Below are positions 45,952 through 58,301 of a stretch of DNA of 64,000 bases, one piece after another. The notes below the pieces were generated by a model. It was not told where the DNA came from. It did no database searches and worked only from the letters and a program-made list of their open reading frames with translations. Made by a program: the position numbers and the translations under genes. The DNA is from an uncultured bacterium. GTDB lineage: Bacteria > Actinomycetota > Thermoleophilia > Solirubrobacterales > 70-9. The stretch spans positions 430,481 through 494,480 of the forward strand of contig OY970239.1 in the NCBI GenBank assembly GCA_963715405.1. Direction: 5' to 3'. The first letter of the stretch is position 1. Each line of letters starts with the position of its first letter.

Positions 45952-47641
45952 CTAAGCAGCGGCGTGCCGGGTGATGATCCGGGCGAAGTCAGTCCCGGCC
46001 GGAAGCGTGCCGAACGCGAGATGAGAGTCACCGCTGAGGCGCGAGGCGCAGAAAGCGTCGGCGACGGCCTCGTCGCCAAAGCGAATGAGTAGAGAGGCTT
46101 GGAGCGCCAGGGCCATTCGCTCGACGACTCGGCGGGCACGCGACTCGATCGCCTCGATGTCGCCGAGCTCGGCCTGGAGCTCCGCAACAGCCTCGTCCAG
46201 CCGATCATCGGAGCCGGCGGCCTCCGAGACCTCAGCCAAGAACGCTTCGAGGGACGACGGGATTCTTCGCCATGCCACGCAGGACGTCCAGGCACTGCAC
46301 GTTGCCCGATCCTTCCCAAATGCCATTCAGCGGGGACTCGCGATAGAGCCGGGGCATGCCGGACTCCTCGACGTAGCCGTTACCACCGAAGCACTCCAGC
46401 GCCTCGGCGGCGTGAGCGGGCGCTCGTTTGTTGACCCAGTACTTGAGGACGGCGTTCGCGAGGCGCCTGAACTCAATCGCACCTTGGTCGCCGGCCGCTG
46501 CCTCGTCGTACGAGCGAGCGAGGCGCATCATGCCGATCGTCGCGGCTTCCGATTCGACCGCGAGGTCAGCGAGGACGTTCTGCATCAGCGGCTGCTCGAT
46601 CAAAAGCTTGCCGAACGCTGCGCGCTGCGATGTGTGGTGGATGGCGGCGGCGACCGCCTCGCGCATGCCCCCGGCGCCGCCGATCACGCAGTCGAGGCGG
46701 GTGTGGTTGACCATCTCGATGATCGTCGGCACGCCGCGGCCTTCCTCGCCGACCATCTGCGCCCAGGCCCCGCGGAACTCGACCTCGGATGATGCATTCG
46801 AGCGGTTGCCCAGCTTGTCCTTGAGCCGCTGGATGTGGATTCGATTGCGCTCGCCATCAGGGGTGAAACGGGGCATGAGAAAGCAGGAGAGCCCTCCGTC
46901 TGCCTGCGCGAGGACCAGGAACGCGTCGCACATCGGCGCCGACATGAACCACTTGTGGCCGGTCAATTCGTACTCCGCCGCGGCGCCGCCGCCGTTGAGC
47001 GGAACCGCCACCGTCGAGTTGGTGCGAACGTCGGAGCCTCCCTGCTTCTCGGTCATGCCCATTCCGCACAGCGCGCCGGCCTTGTCGGGGGCGGGACGAA
47101 GGCGCTCGCCGTCGTACGAAGTGGAGAGGAAGCGCCCTTCCCACTCGGCAGCGACCTCGGGCTGCGCGCGGATCGCGGGGATCGCCGAGTAGGTCATCGA
47201 GATCGGGCACCCCACACCCGCGTCGGCCGTAAAGGACATGAACATCGCGGCGCGGGCGACATGGGAACCGGGCTGGGGGTCGGTCCACGGCAACGAGTGC
47301 ACGCCGAAGCCGATGCCCGCCCGCATCAGCTCGTGCCAGGCAGGATGGAACTCGACCTCGTCGACGCGGTGGCCGTAGCGGTCGTGGGTGACGAGCCTGG
47401 GCCCGCTCTCGTTTGCCTCGCGGCCCCAGCGCTTCGCCTGCTCGGAGCCCGAGAACGCGCCCACCTCGGAAACCCGGTCCTCCGCCCACTCGCCGCCCTC
47501 GCGGCGAAGCGCTTCGACCAAAATCCGGTTCGACTCGAAGACGTTGTAGTTCTCAAGCGGCGAGGCCTGGTTTACGACCTCGTGGGTTGTATGAGCGGAG
47601 CGCGGCTCGACGGTCGCCATCGCACGTGATGGTACGCCCAA
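45952..47641 (-). pseudogene. AidB-like acyl-CoA dehydrogenase, one frame interruption near the C-terminal domain
   Basis: ACAD core in 46232..47641 (…GMTEKQGGSDVRTN…). The C-terminal AidB-type helical domain (SLEAFLAEV…MALALQASLLIR…AFGTLP) continues in frame 45952..46326. The junction is at about 46256-46263, with one extra base. Confidence 0.75.
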
Positions 47642-47718
47642 TCAGGCCGGAATCTCAAACATGCCCTGAAGCCGAGCCGCTAAGAAGAGATCACCTGAGA
47701 TCCGGACCCGGCCGTCCT

Positions 47719-48759
47719 CTACCGGCGAAGCTCCTGCACGCCATAGGTGCTCGCGGAGCGCACAGCCTCGCCACCCGCTCGCTTCGCCTCGTACATCGCT
47801 TCGTCGGCGGCCTTCCACAGCGTCTCGAAGGTCTCGACGCGAGAGCTCATCTCGGCGACGCCGACGCTGAGCGTGATGTTCAGGCCGGTTGCGGCATCCG
47901 TCTTCAGGCTTCCCACCAGGCGCCCCGCGACCATGGCGGCGTCTTCGCCGGTAGCGCCCGGGAGCAGGGCTGCGAACTCGTCACCCCCGAGCCGGGCCAC
48001 CGCATCGACCTCGCGCGTCTCCCGCCGGAGCGAGCTTGCGATCGTTCTCAGGACCTCGTCCCCGACGGGGTGACCGCGGCTGTCGTTGAGCGCCTTGAAA
48101 CGATCGATGTCGAGGACGATCAGGCTGAGCGGGCTCTCGTGGCGTCGCGCCCGAGTCAACTCGAGCGAGGCGCGCTCCTCGAGCGCAACCCGGTTGAGCA
48201 GGCCGGTCAGCGCGTCGTTGCGCGCCCGCTCCGACAGCTCCGCCACAACCTGCGCTCGGCTCGAGCGCAGGTTGTAGACGAGAAGTCCGGCAACCAGGAG
48301 GCTCGAAAGCGAGATGACCCAGCGGGTGAGCGCCTCGTCGAGCGGCTCGCCATTGAGAAGCAGGCCGTAGCAGAGGCCCACCAGAGCGAGCTGTGCCAGG
48401 GCGTGCGGGAAGGAGAGGTAGTTGAACGCAAGGAGGCAGATCCAGATGTAGAGCATCACGTTGTCGACCGTCCCCGTGCCGACCCGCCCGCCCTCGTGCG
48501 TCGCGATCGTGATCATCACGGTGCCGGCCGCTGCGGCGAATCCCAGCAGCCAATCGGGCGCTGGCGTGCGGAGCAGGAGGAGCGCCGCGCCAATTGCGCC
48601 GCAGACGGCGCCAAGCCCAAGGACGACCGCGTCGGAGCCCATCGCCGCCGGCGGGAGCGCGACCGAGAACGCGGCGAGCGCGGCTCCGGCGACCATCATG
48701 AAGCCCGCCACACGGGCGGCTTCGTGGCGGTGCTCTGCGGAATCCCCTCGCGTGCTCAT
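47719..48759 (-). CDS. Membrane-bound diguanylate cyclase (GGDEF domain)
   Basis: About six N-terminal TM helices, then NDALTGLLNRVALE...RLGGDEFAALLPG (GGDEF motif). Confidence 0.85.
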   Translation of the reverse strand: MSTRGDSAEHRHEAARVAGFMMVAGAALAAFSVALPPAAMGSDAVVLGLGAVCGAIGAALLLLRTPAPDWLLGFAAAAGTVMITIATHEGGRVGTGTVDNVMLYIWICLLAFNYLSFPHALAQLALVGLCYGLLLNGEPLDEALTRWVISLSSLLVAGLLVYNLRSSRAQVVAELSERARNDALTGLLNRVALEERASLELTRARRHESPLSLIVLDIDRFKALNDSRGHPVGDEVLRTIASSLRRETREVDAVARLGGDEFAALLPGATGEDAAMVAGRLVGSLKTDAATGLNITLSVGVAEMSSRVETFETLWKAADEAMYEAKRAGGEAVRSASTYGVQELRR

Positions 48760-48823
48760 CGCACTTCTCTACATCGGCTTTCCGGGCGTCTCGGCTTAGG
48801 CCCCTTAGTAGGGTGCCGAGCGC

Positions 48824-51406
<2,583 letters not shown>

Positions 51407-51502
51407 GCGGAGGGTTCCTTCCGTGGAGCGTAAGTGTGAGTCAGGTAGGACTCACCGTGTACTCATACGGTACCGAATGTGTGACTGTACGAAAGCCTGA
51501 GC

Positions 51503-52123
51503 TCAGGTTCGCTTGCGCGGAAGGGTCCCGAAGACGGCGTCCCAGATCGGCGACGAGACGCCGAAGCCGAACCGGTGGTCCTGGAAATGGTGGCGCATAT
51601 GTTGCTCTCGCAACCGTTTGCCGAGCTCGGTCTTCGGGACGGCATGGTGAAGGTAATAGTGGGTGTAGTCGTAAACGAGATACCCGACCAAAAAGCCTGC
51701 GAAAAGCGGGAACGCGGTCGGCTGACCGAAGACGAGCCAGAAGAGCCCATAGAAGAGGAGCGCCAGCGGGATGCTCGCTCCGGGGGGCATGACCAGGCGC
51801 ATCTTGTCGTTCGGGTGATCGTGATGGACGCCGTGGATGATGAAGTGAAGCCGTGATCCGATCGGGTGATCGGGCTCCCAGTGAAACACCTTGCGGTGAA
51901 GCCAGTACTCGGAGAGGGTCCAGATCGCAAGGCCTGCGAGCGTCAGCAGCGCGATCTCTGCGCCGCCCATGTTGTCGTTGGCAGCCAGGACGAGGAGGCC
52001 CGCGATGACGGGCACGTAGATCAGCGCGGGAACGACCGGATGTACCCGCGAGAAGAAGTCGAGAAAGCGGGAGCGAAAGAGCGGCGGCGAGGCGCTGAGG
52101 CGCTCTGTGCGCGGGGTGGACAT
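51503..52123 (-). CDS. Fatty acid hydroxylase / sterol desaturase family membrane protein
   Basis: Histidine boxes HRKVFH, HGVHHDHP and HYYLHH…HMRHH. The ATG at 52123 (MSTPRTERL) is preferred over the longer track ORF. Confidence 0.75.
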   Translation of the reverse strand: MSTPRTERLSASPPLFRSRFLDFFSRVHPVVPALIYVPVIAGLLVLAANDNMGGAEIALLTLAGLAIWTLSEYWLHRKVFHWEPDHPIGSRLHFIIHGVHHDHPNDKMRLVMPPGASIPLALLFYGLFWLVFGQPTAFPLFAGFLVGYLVYDYTHYYLHHAVPKTELGKRLREQHMRHHFQDHRFGFGVSSPIWDAVFGTLPRKRT

Positions 52124-52163
52124 CGACGCATGATTGTAGGCGAGGGGTCCGCCGCCGCCCAGT

Positions 52164-52230
52164 TTTTTGCGCGGTTTGCGTAAACGCGACCGGATGGGCC
52201 CGAGACGTTTTTGCGCGGTTTGCGTAAACG
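52164..52230. repeat. Perfect 23-bp direct repeat x2 in a divergent promoter region
   Basis: tttttgcgcggtttgcgtaaacg at 52164-52186 and 52208-52230 (44-bp period). It is comparatively AT-rich for this sequence. Confidence 0.9.
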
Positions 52231-52270
52231 GTCCCGGTGCGCCGCTCGCCGGGCTGGCATAGTCGCCGAC

Positions 52271-52504
52271 GTGGTCAGAGCAGAGGACACGATCGAGGAG
52301 TGGGTGCGAGCCGTCGGACTGACGCGCCGGGGCCTCAAGCCGGGGCGTAAGGGCAAGCCCACCTGCGCGGATTGCTTTTTTCACCGCAACCAGCTTTGCG
52401 CGCTCGACCTCGAGTCACCGTGCTCGACGTTTCGGCCGGACACCTCCGCGGGCCTCGTTCCGCCGCGCCAGCCGGCGCTTCTCCTGCGCCAGGGCGCCGG
52501 CTGA
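52271..52504 (+). CDS. Small Cys-containing hypothetical protein
   Basis: (V)VRAEDTIEEWVRAVGLTRRGLKPGRKGKPTCADCFFHRNQLCALDLESPCSTFRPD. The start is uncertain; GTG at 52271 is chosen because the track start at 52211 lies inside the 23-bp repeat. Confidence 0.45.
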   Translation: MVRAEDTIEEWVRAVGLTRRGLKPGRKGKPTCADCFFHRNQLCALDLESPCSTFRPDTSAGLVPPRQPALLLRQGAG

Positions 52505-52562
52505 CCAAGCCCAGGATCGCTTGGGGCTCAATGGGCTGAGCCTTGAGAGCCGATGAGGAAAT

Positions 52563-54253
52563 GTGATGCGGGGATTCCGACAGACGCTTGCCGACCACGG
52601 TGCCTGGGAGTACGAGCCGGCGACCGGCAATACGCGCTGGTCCAACGGCCTTTATGACATCCACGGCGTGACCCGCGGTGACTTCGTGCCGACGGCTGAG
52701 AGCGCCAGTCTCCTCGTTCACCCCGACGACCGCGAGACCTACGCGGCGATCGTCCGAGACGCGATCTTGACGAAGACCCCGTTCGCCTGCCAGCACCGGG
52801 TCGTCCGGCCGGATGGCGAGGTCCGCATCCTGACCGTCCGGGGCTCCTTCGTCGAGGGGGTCGACGAGGCGGAAGACCGCCTGATCGGCACGACCCAGGA
52901 CGTGACGGAGCGTGACGGTGAGGAGGACACGCTCGCCCACCTCGCAAGCCGCGACACCGTCTCCGGCCTTTACAACCGAACCCGCTTCATGGAGGAGCTC
53001 ACGCGAGAGATTGCGGCAGGCCGGCGCAACGGGATGGAGGGAGCGGTGCTCGTGCTCGACCTCGACCGCTTCTCGGCCCTCAACGCCGAGCTCGGCCACA
53101 TGGCCGGCGACGCGCTCCTCTCAAAGGTCGCATCGGTCTTGTCCCGGCGGCTCCGGGACACGGACATGCTCGCGCGAATCGGCGGCGATCAGTTCGCCAT
53201 GATCCTCCCAGGGTGCGAGGCCGATGCCGCCGAGGGCGTCGCCACCCAACTGATCGAGGCCGTCGCAAGTGGGGCAACGATCAGCGCGGGCGATGCGGAG
53301 CGCCACGCCGCGGGCTCGATCGGCATCGCCTCGTTCGGCCCCATCGAACGGCGGGCCGGCGATGAGGTCCTCATGGAGGCAGAGCTGGCGATGCATCGCG
53401 CGAAAGCCGACGGCCGTGGCCACGCCGAAGCGTTCAGCGATGAGATGCGCGTGGAGCAGACGGTCAGAGGCTCCACCGAGGACGAACTGCGCGGAGCGAT
53501 CGGCGATCAGGAGCTTCGCGTTCAGTATCAGCCGATCGTCTCCCTGAGCGACGGCACCACGGTGGGGTTCGAGGCGCTGCTTCGATGGGAGCATCCGATC
53601 CGCGGCACGGTCGCCCCGAAGGACTTCGTCTCCGTCGCCGAGGAGTCGGGCCTGATCTCGAAGATCGGCCGTTTCGTCCTCGAGCAGGCTTGCCGGCAAG
53701 CAGCGGAGTGGCGAACCTCCGGCCCCGACATCCTTGTATCAGTCAACATCTCGCCGCGCCAGCTCACCCGCGCCGACCTCGCAGAAGACGTCTCCCGCGC
53801 GCTGGAGGCGAGCGGCCTGCCGCCGAAGCTCCTCTGCCTGGAGGTCACCGAGACCTCGCTCCTTCGCGATCCGGGCAGGATCGTCGAGAGCCTTCGCAGG
53901 CTCAAGGCCCTGGGCGTCCAGCCTCGCCATCGACGACTTTGGAGCAGGGGCCTCATCCTTCGGCGTCCTTCGCATCCTTCCGGTCGACCAGATCAAGATC
54001 GATCACATCTTCACTCAGGGGCTCGGGGAGACGACCTCGCGACCGGGCGGTGGTGGCCGCGGTGGTCTCCCTCGCCAAGGAGCTCGGCCTTTCGGTAGTC
54101 GCAGAAGGGGTTGAGACCGTGCGCCAGCAGGCAGAGCTTCAGGACCTCGGTGCCGACCTCGCGCAGGGCTACCTCTACGCGCCGGCTCGCTATCCGGACG
54201 AGCTCGAGCTTGGCGGTTTCCGCGAGCTGGTCGCACCGAGCGTCCCCCACTAG
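52563..54253 (+). pseudogene. PAS-GGDEF-EAL signalling protein, frame interrupted twice in the EAL domain
   Basis: PAS (WSNGLYDIHG…HPDD…RVVRPDGEV), degenerate GGDEF (RIGGDQFAMILPG) and EAL (FEALLRWEHP). The protein continues as LAIDDFGAGASSF… and then …DRAVVAAVVSLAKELGLSVVAEGVET… in the other two frames. Extra bases lie at about 53922 and 54040. Confidence 0.8.
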
Positions 54254-54301
54254 GGACCAGGTACCTCACGTAGCGCTCATATTCGCGGCTACAGTCAACC
54301 C

Positions 54302-54770
54302 GTGACGCGAAAGAGCGACCTCTTTTTGAACTTCGAGCGCATGTGGCGCGAGATGGACGAGCTCATGGGTGAGCCATGGCCGGAGCGAGCGCGAGGAGGG
54401 ACGCCCCGTATCGGCTCGGGCTTCTCTCCGAAGGTGGACGTCTTCTATGCGGGCCGCGAGAAGCCGGTCGCCATCGTGCTGGTCGAGATGGCCGGGATCG
54501 ACTCCGAATCGCTCAACCTCGAAGTCTCGGGGCGCGACCTGGTCGATCTCCGGCGAGCGGATCGTGCAGCAGATGGAGGGACGCGTCTATCAGCAGGTGG
54601 AAATCGAGACCGGCAACTTCCGCCGCGTGATCGAACTGGGCGCGGACGTCGACGCCGAGCGCGCGGAGGCGAGCTACGACGACGGCATCCTTCGCATCGA
54701 GCTGCCGCTCCAGGGGACGATCTCGAGGCGAGTTCCCATCGAACGGAAGAACCCCGAGCATGCCGATTGA
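54302..54770 (+). pseudogene. Hsp20/alpha-crystallin family small heat-shock protein, one frame interruption
   Basis: …SPKVDVFYAGREKPVAIVLVEMAGIDSESLNLEVSGRDLV continues as ISGERIVQQ…YQQVEIETGNFRRVIELGADVDAERAEASYDDGILRIELP in the next frame. There is one extra G at about 54545. Confidence 0.75.
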
Positions 54771-57154
54771 GGTCGCCCGCACTGGCGACCTGGAGGAGGC
54801 GATCGCAGCAGAGGCGCCCCGGCCGGACGCGCTCCCGGTGCTCCCTTTGCGTGACCTCGTCGCCTACCCGGACACGCTGACGCCGCTCGCGATCGGGCAG
54901 GAGCGCTCGATGCGGCTGATCAACGACATCATGTCCGGGGAGCGCCAGCTCGTGCTCGTTGCCGCCCGGGATCCCGAGGCCGAGGAGCCCGGGCCGGACG
55001 GCCTTCACACCGTGGGCGTTGCGGGTTTCGTCGCGCGGATGCTTCGCGTCCCGGACGGCACGATCCGCGTGGTGGTCCAGGCGAGCGAGCGGATCCGCAT
55101 CACGGACTGGGTAGCGGAAGAGCCCTACCTCGTCGCCCGCATCGAGTCGCTTCGAGGACGAGGTCTCGGAGAGTCAGGAGCTGGAGGCGCTCACGCGCAA
55201 CGTCCAGCGCTCGTTCACGGAGATCATCGAGGAGATCCCGTACCTGCCCGAGGAGCTCGCGCTCGCGGTCACGAACATCGATGACCCGTCGGCGCTCTCG
55301 CACCTGATCGCCGGAGCTCTTCGCATCGCCACGGCCGAGAAGCAGGAGCTCCTGGAGGAGGTCGACGTCACCAAGCGGCTGCGCCGGCTCTCGGAGATCC
55401 TCGCCCGCGAGGCCGAGGTGATCCAGCTCGGCTCGAAGATCCAGTCCCAGGTCCAGTCCGGAGATCGACAAGGGCCAGCGCGAGTATCGTCCTGCGCGAG
55501 CAGATGAAGGCGATCCAGCAGGAGCTCGGCGAGGAGAACCCCGATCAGGCCGAGGTCGCCGAGCTTCGCGAGCGGATCGAAGCGGCGGGCCTGCCCGAGC
55601 ATGCGGCCAAGGCGGCCGAGCGCGAGCTCTCGCGCCTCGAGCGCCTGCCGGCTGCCGCCGCCGAGTACGGCGTCATTCGCACCTATCTCGAATGGATGGT
55701 CGAATTGCCGTGGTCGAAGTCAGACGGAGGACAACCTCGACATCGCCCACGCCCGCGAAGTCCTCGACGAGGATCACTACGACCTCGAAAAGGTGAAGGA
55801 ACGGATCCTGGAGTATCTGGCGGTGCGCTCTCTGAACCCCGAGTCGCACGGGCCGATCCTCTGCTTCGTCGGGCCGCCCGGGAGTGGGCAAGACCAGCCT
55901 CGGCCACTCGATCGCCCGCGCGCTCGGGCGCGAGTTCGAGCGCATCTCGGTGGGCGGTGTCCGCGACGAGGCGGAGATCCGGGGCCACCGGCGCACGTAC
56001 ATCGGCGCGATGCCCGGCACGATCATCCGCGCTCTGCGCGACGCGGGCTCGCTCAATCCCGTGTTCATGATCGACGAGATCGACAAGATGGGCTCGGACT
56101 TCCGCGGCGATCCCTCGAGCGCGATGCTGGAGGTGCTGGACCCGGCGCAGAACTCTTTCTTCCGCGATCACTACCTCGACCTCGGCTTCGACCTCTCGAA
56201 GCGTCCTGTTCATCGCCACGGCGAACACGCTCGACACGATCCCGGGTCCGCTGCGCGACCGGATGGAGGTGATCCAGCTCTCGGGCTACACGCTCGAGGA
56301 GAAGGTGCATATCGCCAAGCGCTACCTCGTGCCGCGGCAGATCGCCGAGAACGGGCTCAAGGCCTCGCAGATCGCGATTCGCGGATCCCGCGCTTCGCGC
56401 GATTGCCGAGGAGTACACGCGCGAGGCGGGCGTGCGAAACCTCGAGCGCGAAATCGGAACCGTCTGCCGGAAAGTCGCGCGTGAGGTGGCGGAGCGCAAG
56501 GTGTGCGCAAGACGAGGCTGGGAAGGCGAGCGTCTCCGCGAAGCGGGCGCGCGAACTGCTCGGGCGGCGGCGCTACTTCGCCGAGATCCGCCGGCGCACC
56601 TCCGATGCGGGCGTCGCGACGGGATTCGCCTGGACGCCGGTGGGCGGCGACGTCCTCTTCATCGAGGCGACGGCGATGCCGGGCTCGGGGAAGCTCACGA
56701 TCACCGGGCCAGCTCGGCGACGTCATGCGTGAGTCGGCACAAGCCGCCCTGTCCTTCGTCCGCGGCCATGCGGAGCGAACTCGCGCCGGGCCTCGCCGAC
56801 GACTGGTTTGCCGTGACACGACATCCACGTGCATGTTCCGGCCGGGGCGGTGCCGAAGGACGGCCCGTCCGCAGGCGTCGCGATGACCGTCGCACTCGAC
56901 CTCGCTCGTCACCGGCGAAGGCCGTGGCCGCCGATGTCGCGATGACGGGCGAGGTGACGCTCACCGGTCAGGTTCTGCCGGTCGGCGGGCTCAAGGAGAA
57001 GTCGCTCGCGGCTCAGCGCGCCGGGATCAAGCGCGTGATCGTGCCCGCGCGCAACGAGGGCGAGATCGCCGAGATTCCGGAGCACGAGCTGGGCGAGCTC
57101 GAGTTCGTCTACGTCGACCGGATCGAAGAAGCGCTGGAAGCGGCGATTCCCTGA
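54760..57154 (+). pseudogene. lon: ATP-dependent Lon protease, reading frame interrupted about 13 times as sequenced
   Basis: All Lon modules are present but spread over three frames. These are the LON N-domain (LPVLPLRDLVAYPDT…), AAA+ ([11 protein letters not shown][V]GKTSLG…[10 protein letters not shown]…) and the protease domain (…[23 protein letters not shown]…[22 protein letters not shown]). Shifts lie near 55153, 55460, 55488, 55723, 55883, 56202, 56380, 56500, 56708, 56779, 56815, 56888 and 56921. Confidence 0.85.
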
Positions 57155-57221
57155 ACCTCCGGTTAGGGTATATGTTCGCGGCAGCCCGCGACCTTCGCAC
57201 TTAATCAGAGGAGAGAAACAC

Positions 57222-57658
57222 ATGGCAAGCACGAAGACTCAGAAGGCGCGCGACGCGGCTTCGACCGTCAGCTCGAACGAGTACGTGCGCCGTCTCATCG
57301 AAGATGAGGAGCTTCGTGACTCGATCCGCGAGGCGTACGACGCCTCGCAGCGCCGCGTACGGCCGCATCCAGAAGCAGAAGCATCCGGCCAAGGCGGTGA
57401 TGGACGACAAGAAGACGCAGCGCGAGATTCGCGAGGCCGCCGAGTCGCTCCGCGAGGCGTCCGATCGCCTGCGCGGCAAGAAGCAGAAGAGCGGTTCGGT
57501 CGCTCGGCAAGCTGATCGTGATCGCGATCGTCGGCGCCGTCGCGGCTCTCGTCCTCTCCGAGGACATCCGCAAGGCGGTGCTCGACCGCCTCTTCGGAGC
57601 CGAGGAGGAGTTCGAGTACACCTCGACGAGCGCCCCGTCGAACGGCGGGGCCGCCTAG
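57222..57658 (+). pseudogene. Conserved hypothetical protein with C-terminal TM helix, two frame interruptions
   Basis: MASTKTQKARDAASTVSSNEYVRRLIEDEELRDSIREAYDASQ / …AYGRIQKQKHPAKAVMDDKKTQREIREAAESLREASDRLRGKK… / …LGKLIVIAIVGAVAALVLSEDIRKAVLDRLFG… lie in three successive frames. Shifts are near 57349 and 57497. Confidence 0.5.
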
Positions 57659-57684
57659 TCCCTCAAACGGCCGCGATCGCAACC

Positions 57685-58296
57685 ATGGAGGCGACAGTCG
57701 CGCGTCAGCGTGCCCTGTCGTCGGACAAGGCGCGGCGCATCGTCGAAGCCATGCGCGAGAGCGTGGGCGAAGTTGGCATCGCCGGCTCGACCTTCGAGCG
57801 CGTCTCTCAGAAGGCCGGGGTGAGCCGCGGCCTCCTTCACTACTACTTCGGCTCGAAGGAGAAGCTTCTGGTCGAGGTCATCCGGCGAGACACTGAGATC
57901 AGGATCGAGGAGCTGGGGGCCGCGCTCGAGGCCGCCACCTCGATCGACGAGCTGATCGGCGCGTTCTTCGGGATGTTCGAGCGCACGATGTCCGAGGGGC
58001 GCGGATACGTCTACATGGTGTCCGAGCTCTTCGTGGCGGGCCGCCACTCCGCCGAGCTCACCCGCGAGCTCGGCGAGCTCTATCGGACTGCGCGCGAGGC
58101 GTTTGCGGAGATCCTCAACCGAAAGCAAGCCGAGGGAGTGATCGAGCTTCGCTTCGGCGCGGACGCGGTGCTCGCGTATCTGTTCGCGGCCGGCGACGGG
58201 GCGTCGGTCCAGATGCTGAGCGACCCGAGCTACGACCTCGAGGCGGCTAGCGGGATCTCCTATGGCGTCGCCAGGTACCTCCTGACTTCGGACTGA
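57685..58296 (+). CDS. TetR/AcrR family transcriptional regulator
   Basis: From MEATVARQR…; HTH GIAGSTFERVSQKAGVSRGLLHYYFGSKEKLLVEV. The upstream part of the track ORF is read-through. Confidence 0.85.
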   Translation: MEATVARQRALSSDKARRIVEAMRESVGEVGIAGSTFERVSQKAGVSRGLLHYYFGSKEKLLVEVIRRDTEIRIEELGAALEAATSIDELIGAFFGMFERTMSEGRGYVYMVSELFVAGRHSAELTRELGELYRTAREAFAEILNRKQAEGVIELRFGADAVLAYLFAAGDGASVQMLSDPSYDLEAASGISYGVARYLLTSD

Positions 58297-58301
58297 CGCG
58301 C

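Noticed and set aside
54760-57154. Frame switches in lon considered as programmed recoding
   Set aside because: About 13 switches within 2.4 kb occur at unrelated, non-slippery sequences. The neighbouring genes are affected in the same way. Error or decay is far more plausible.
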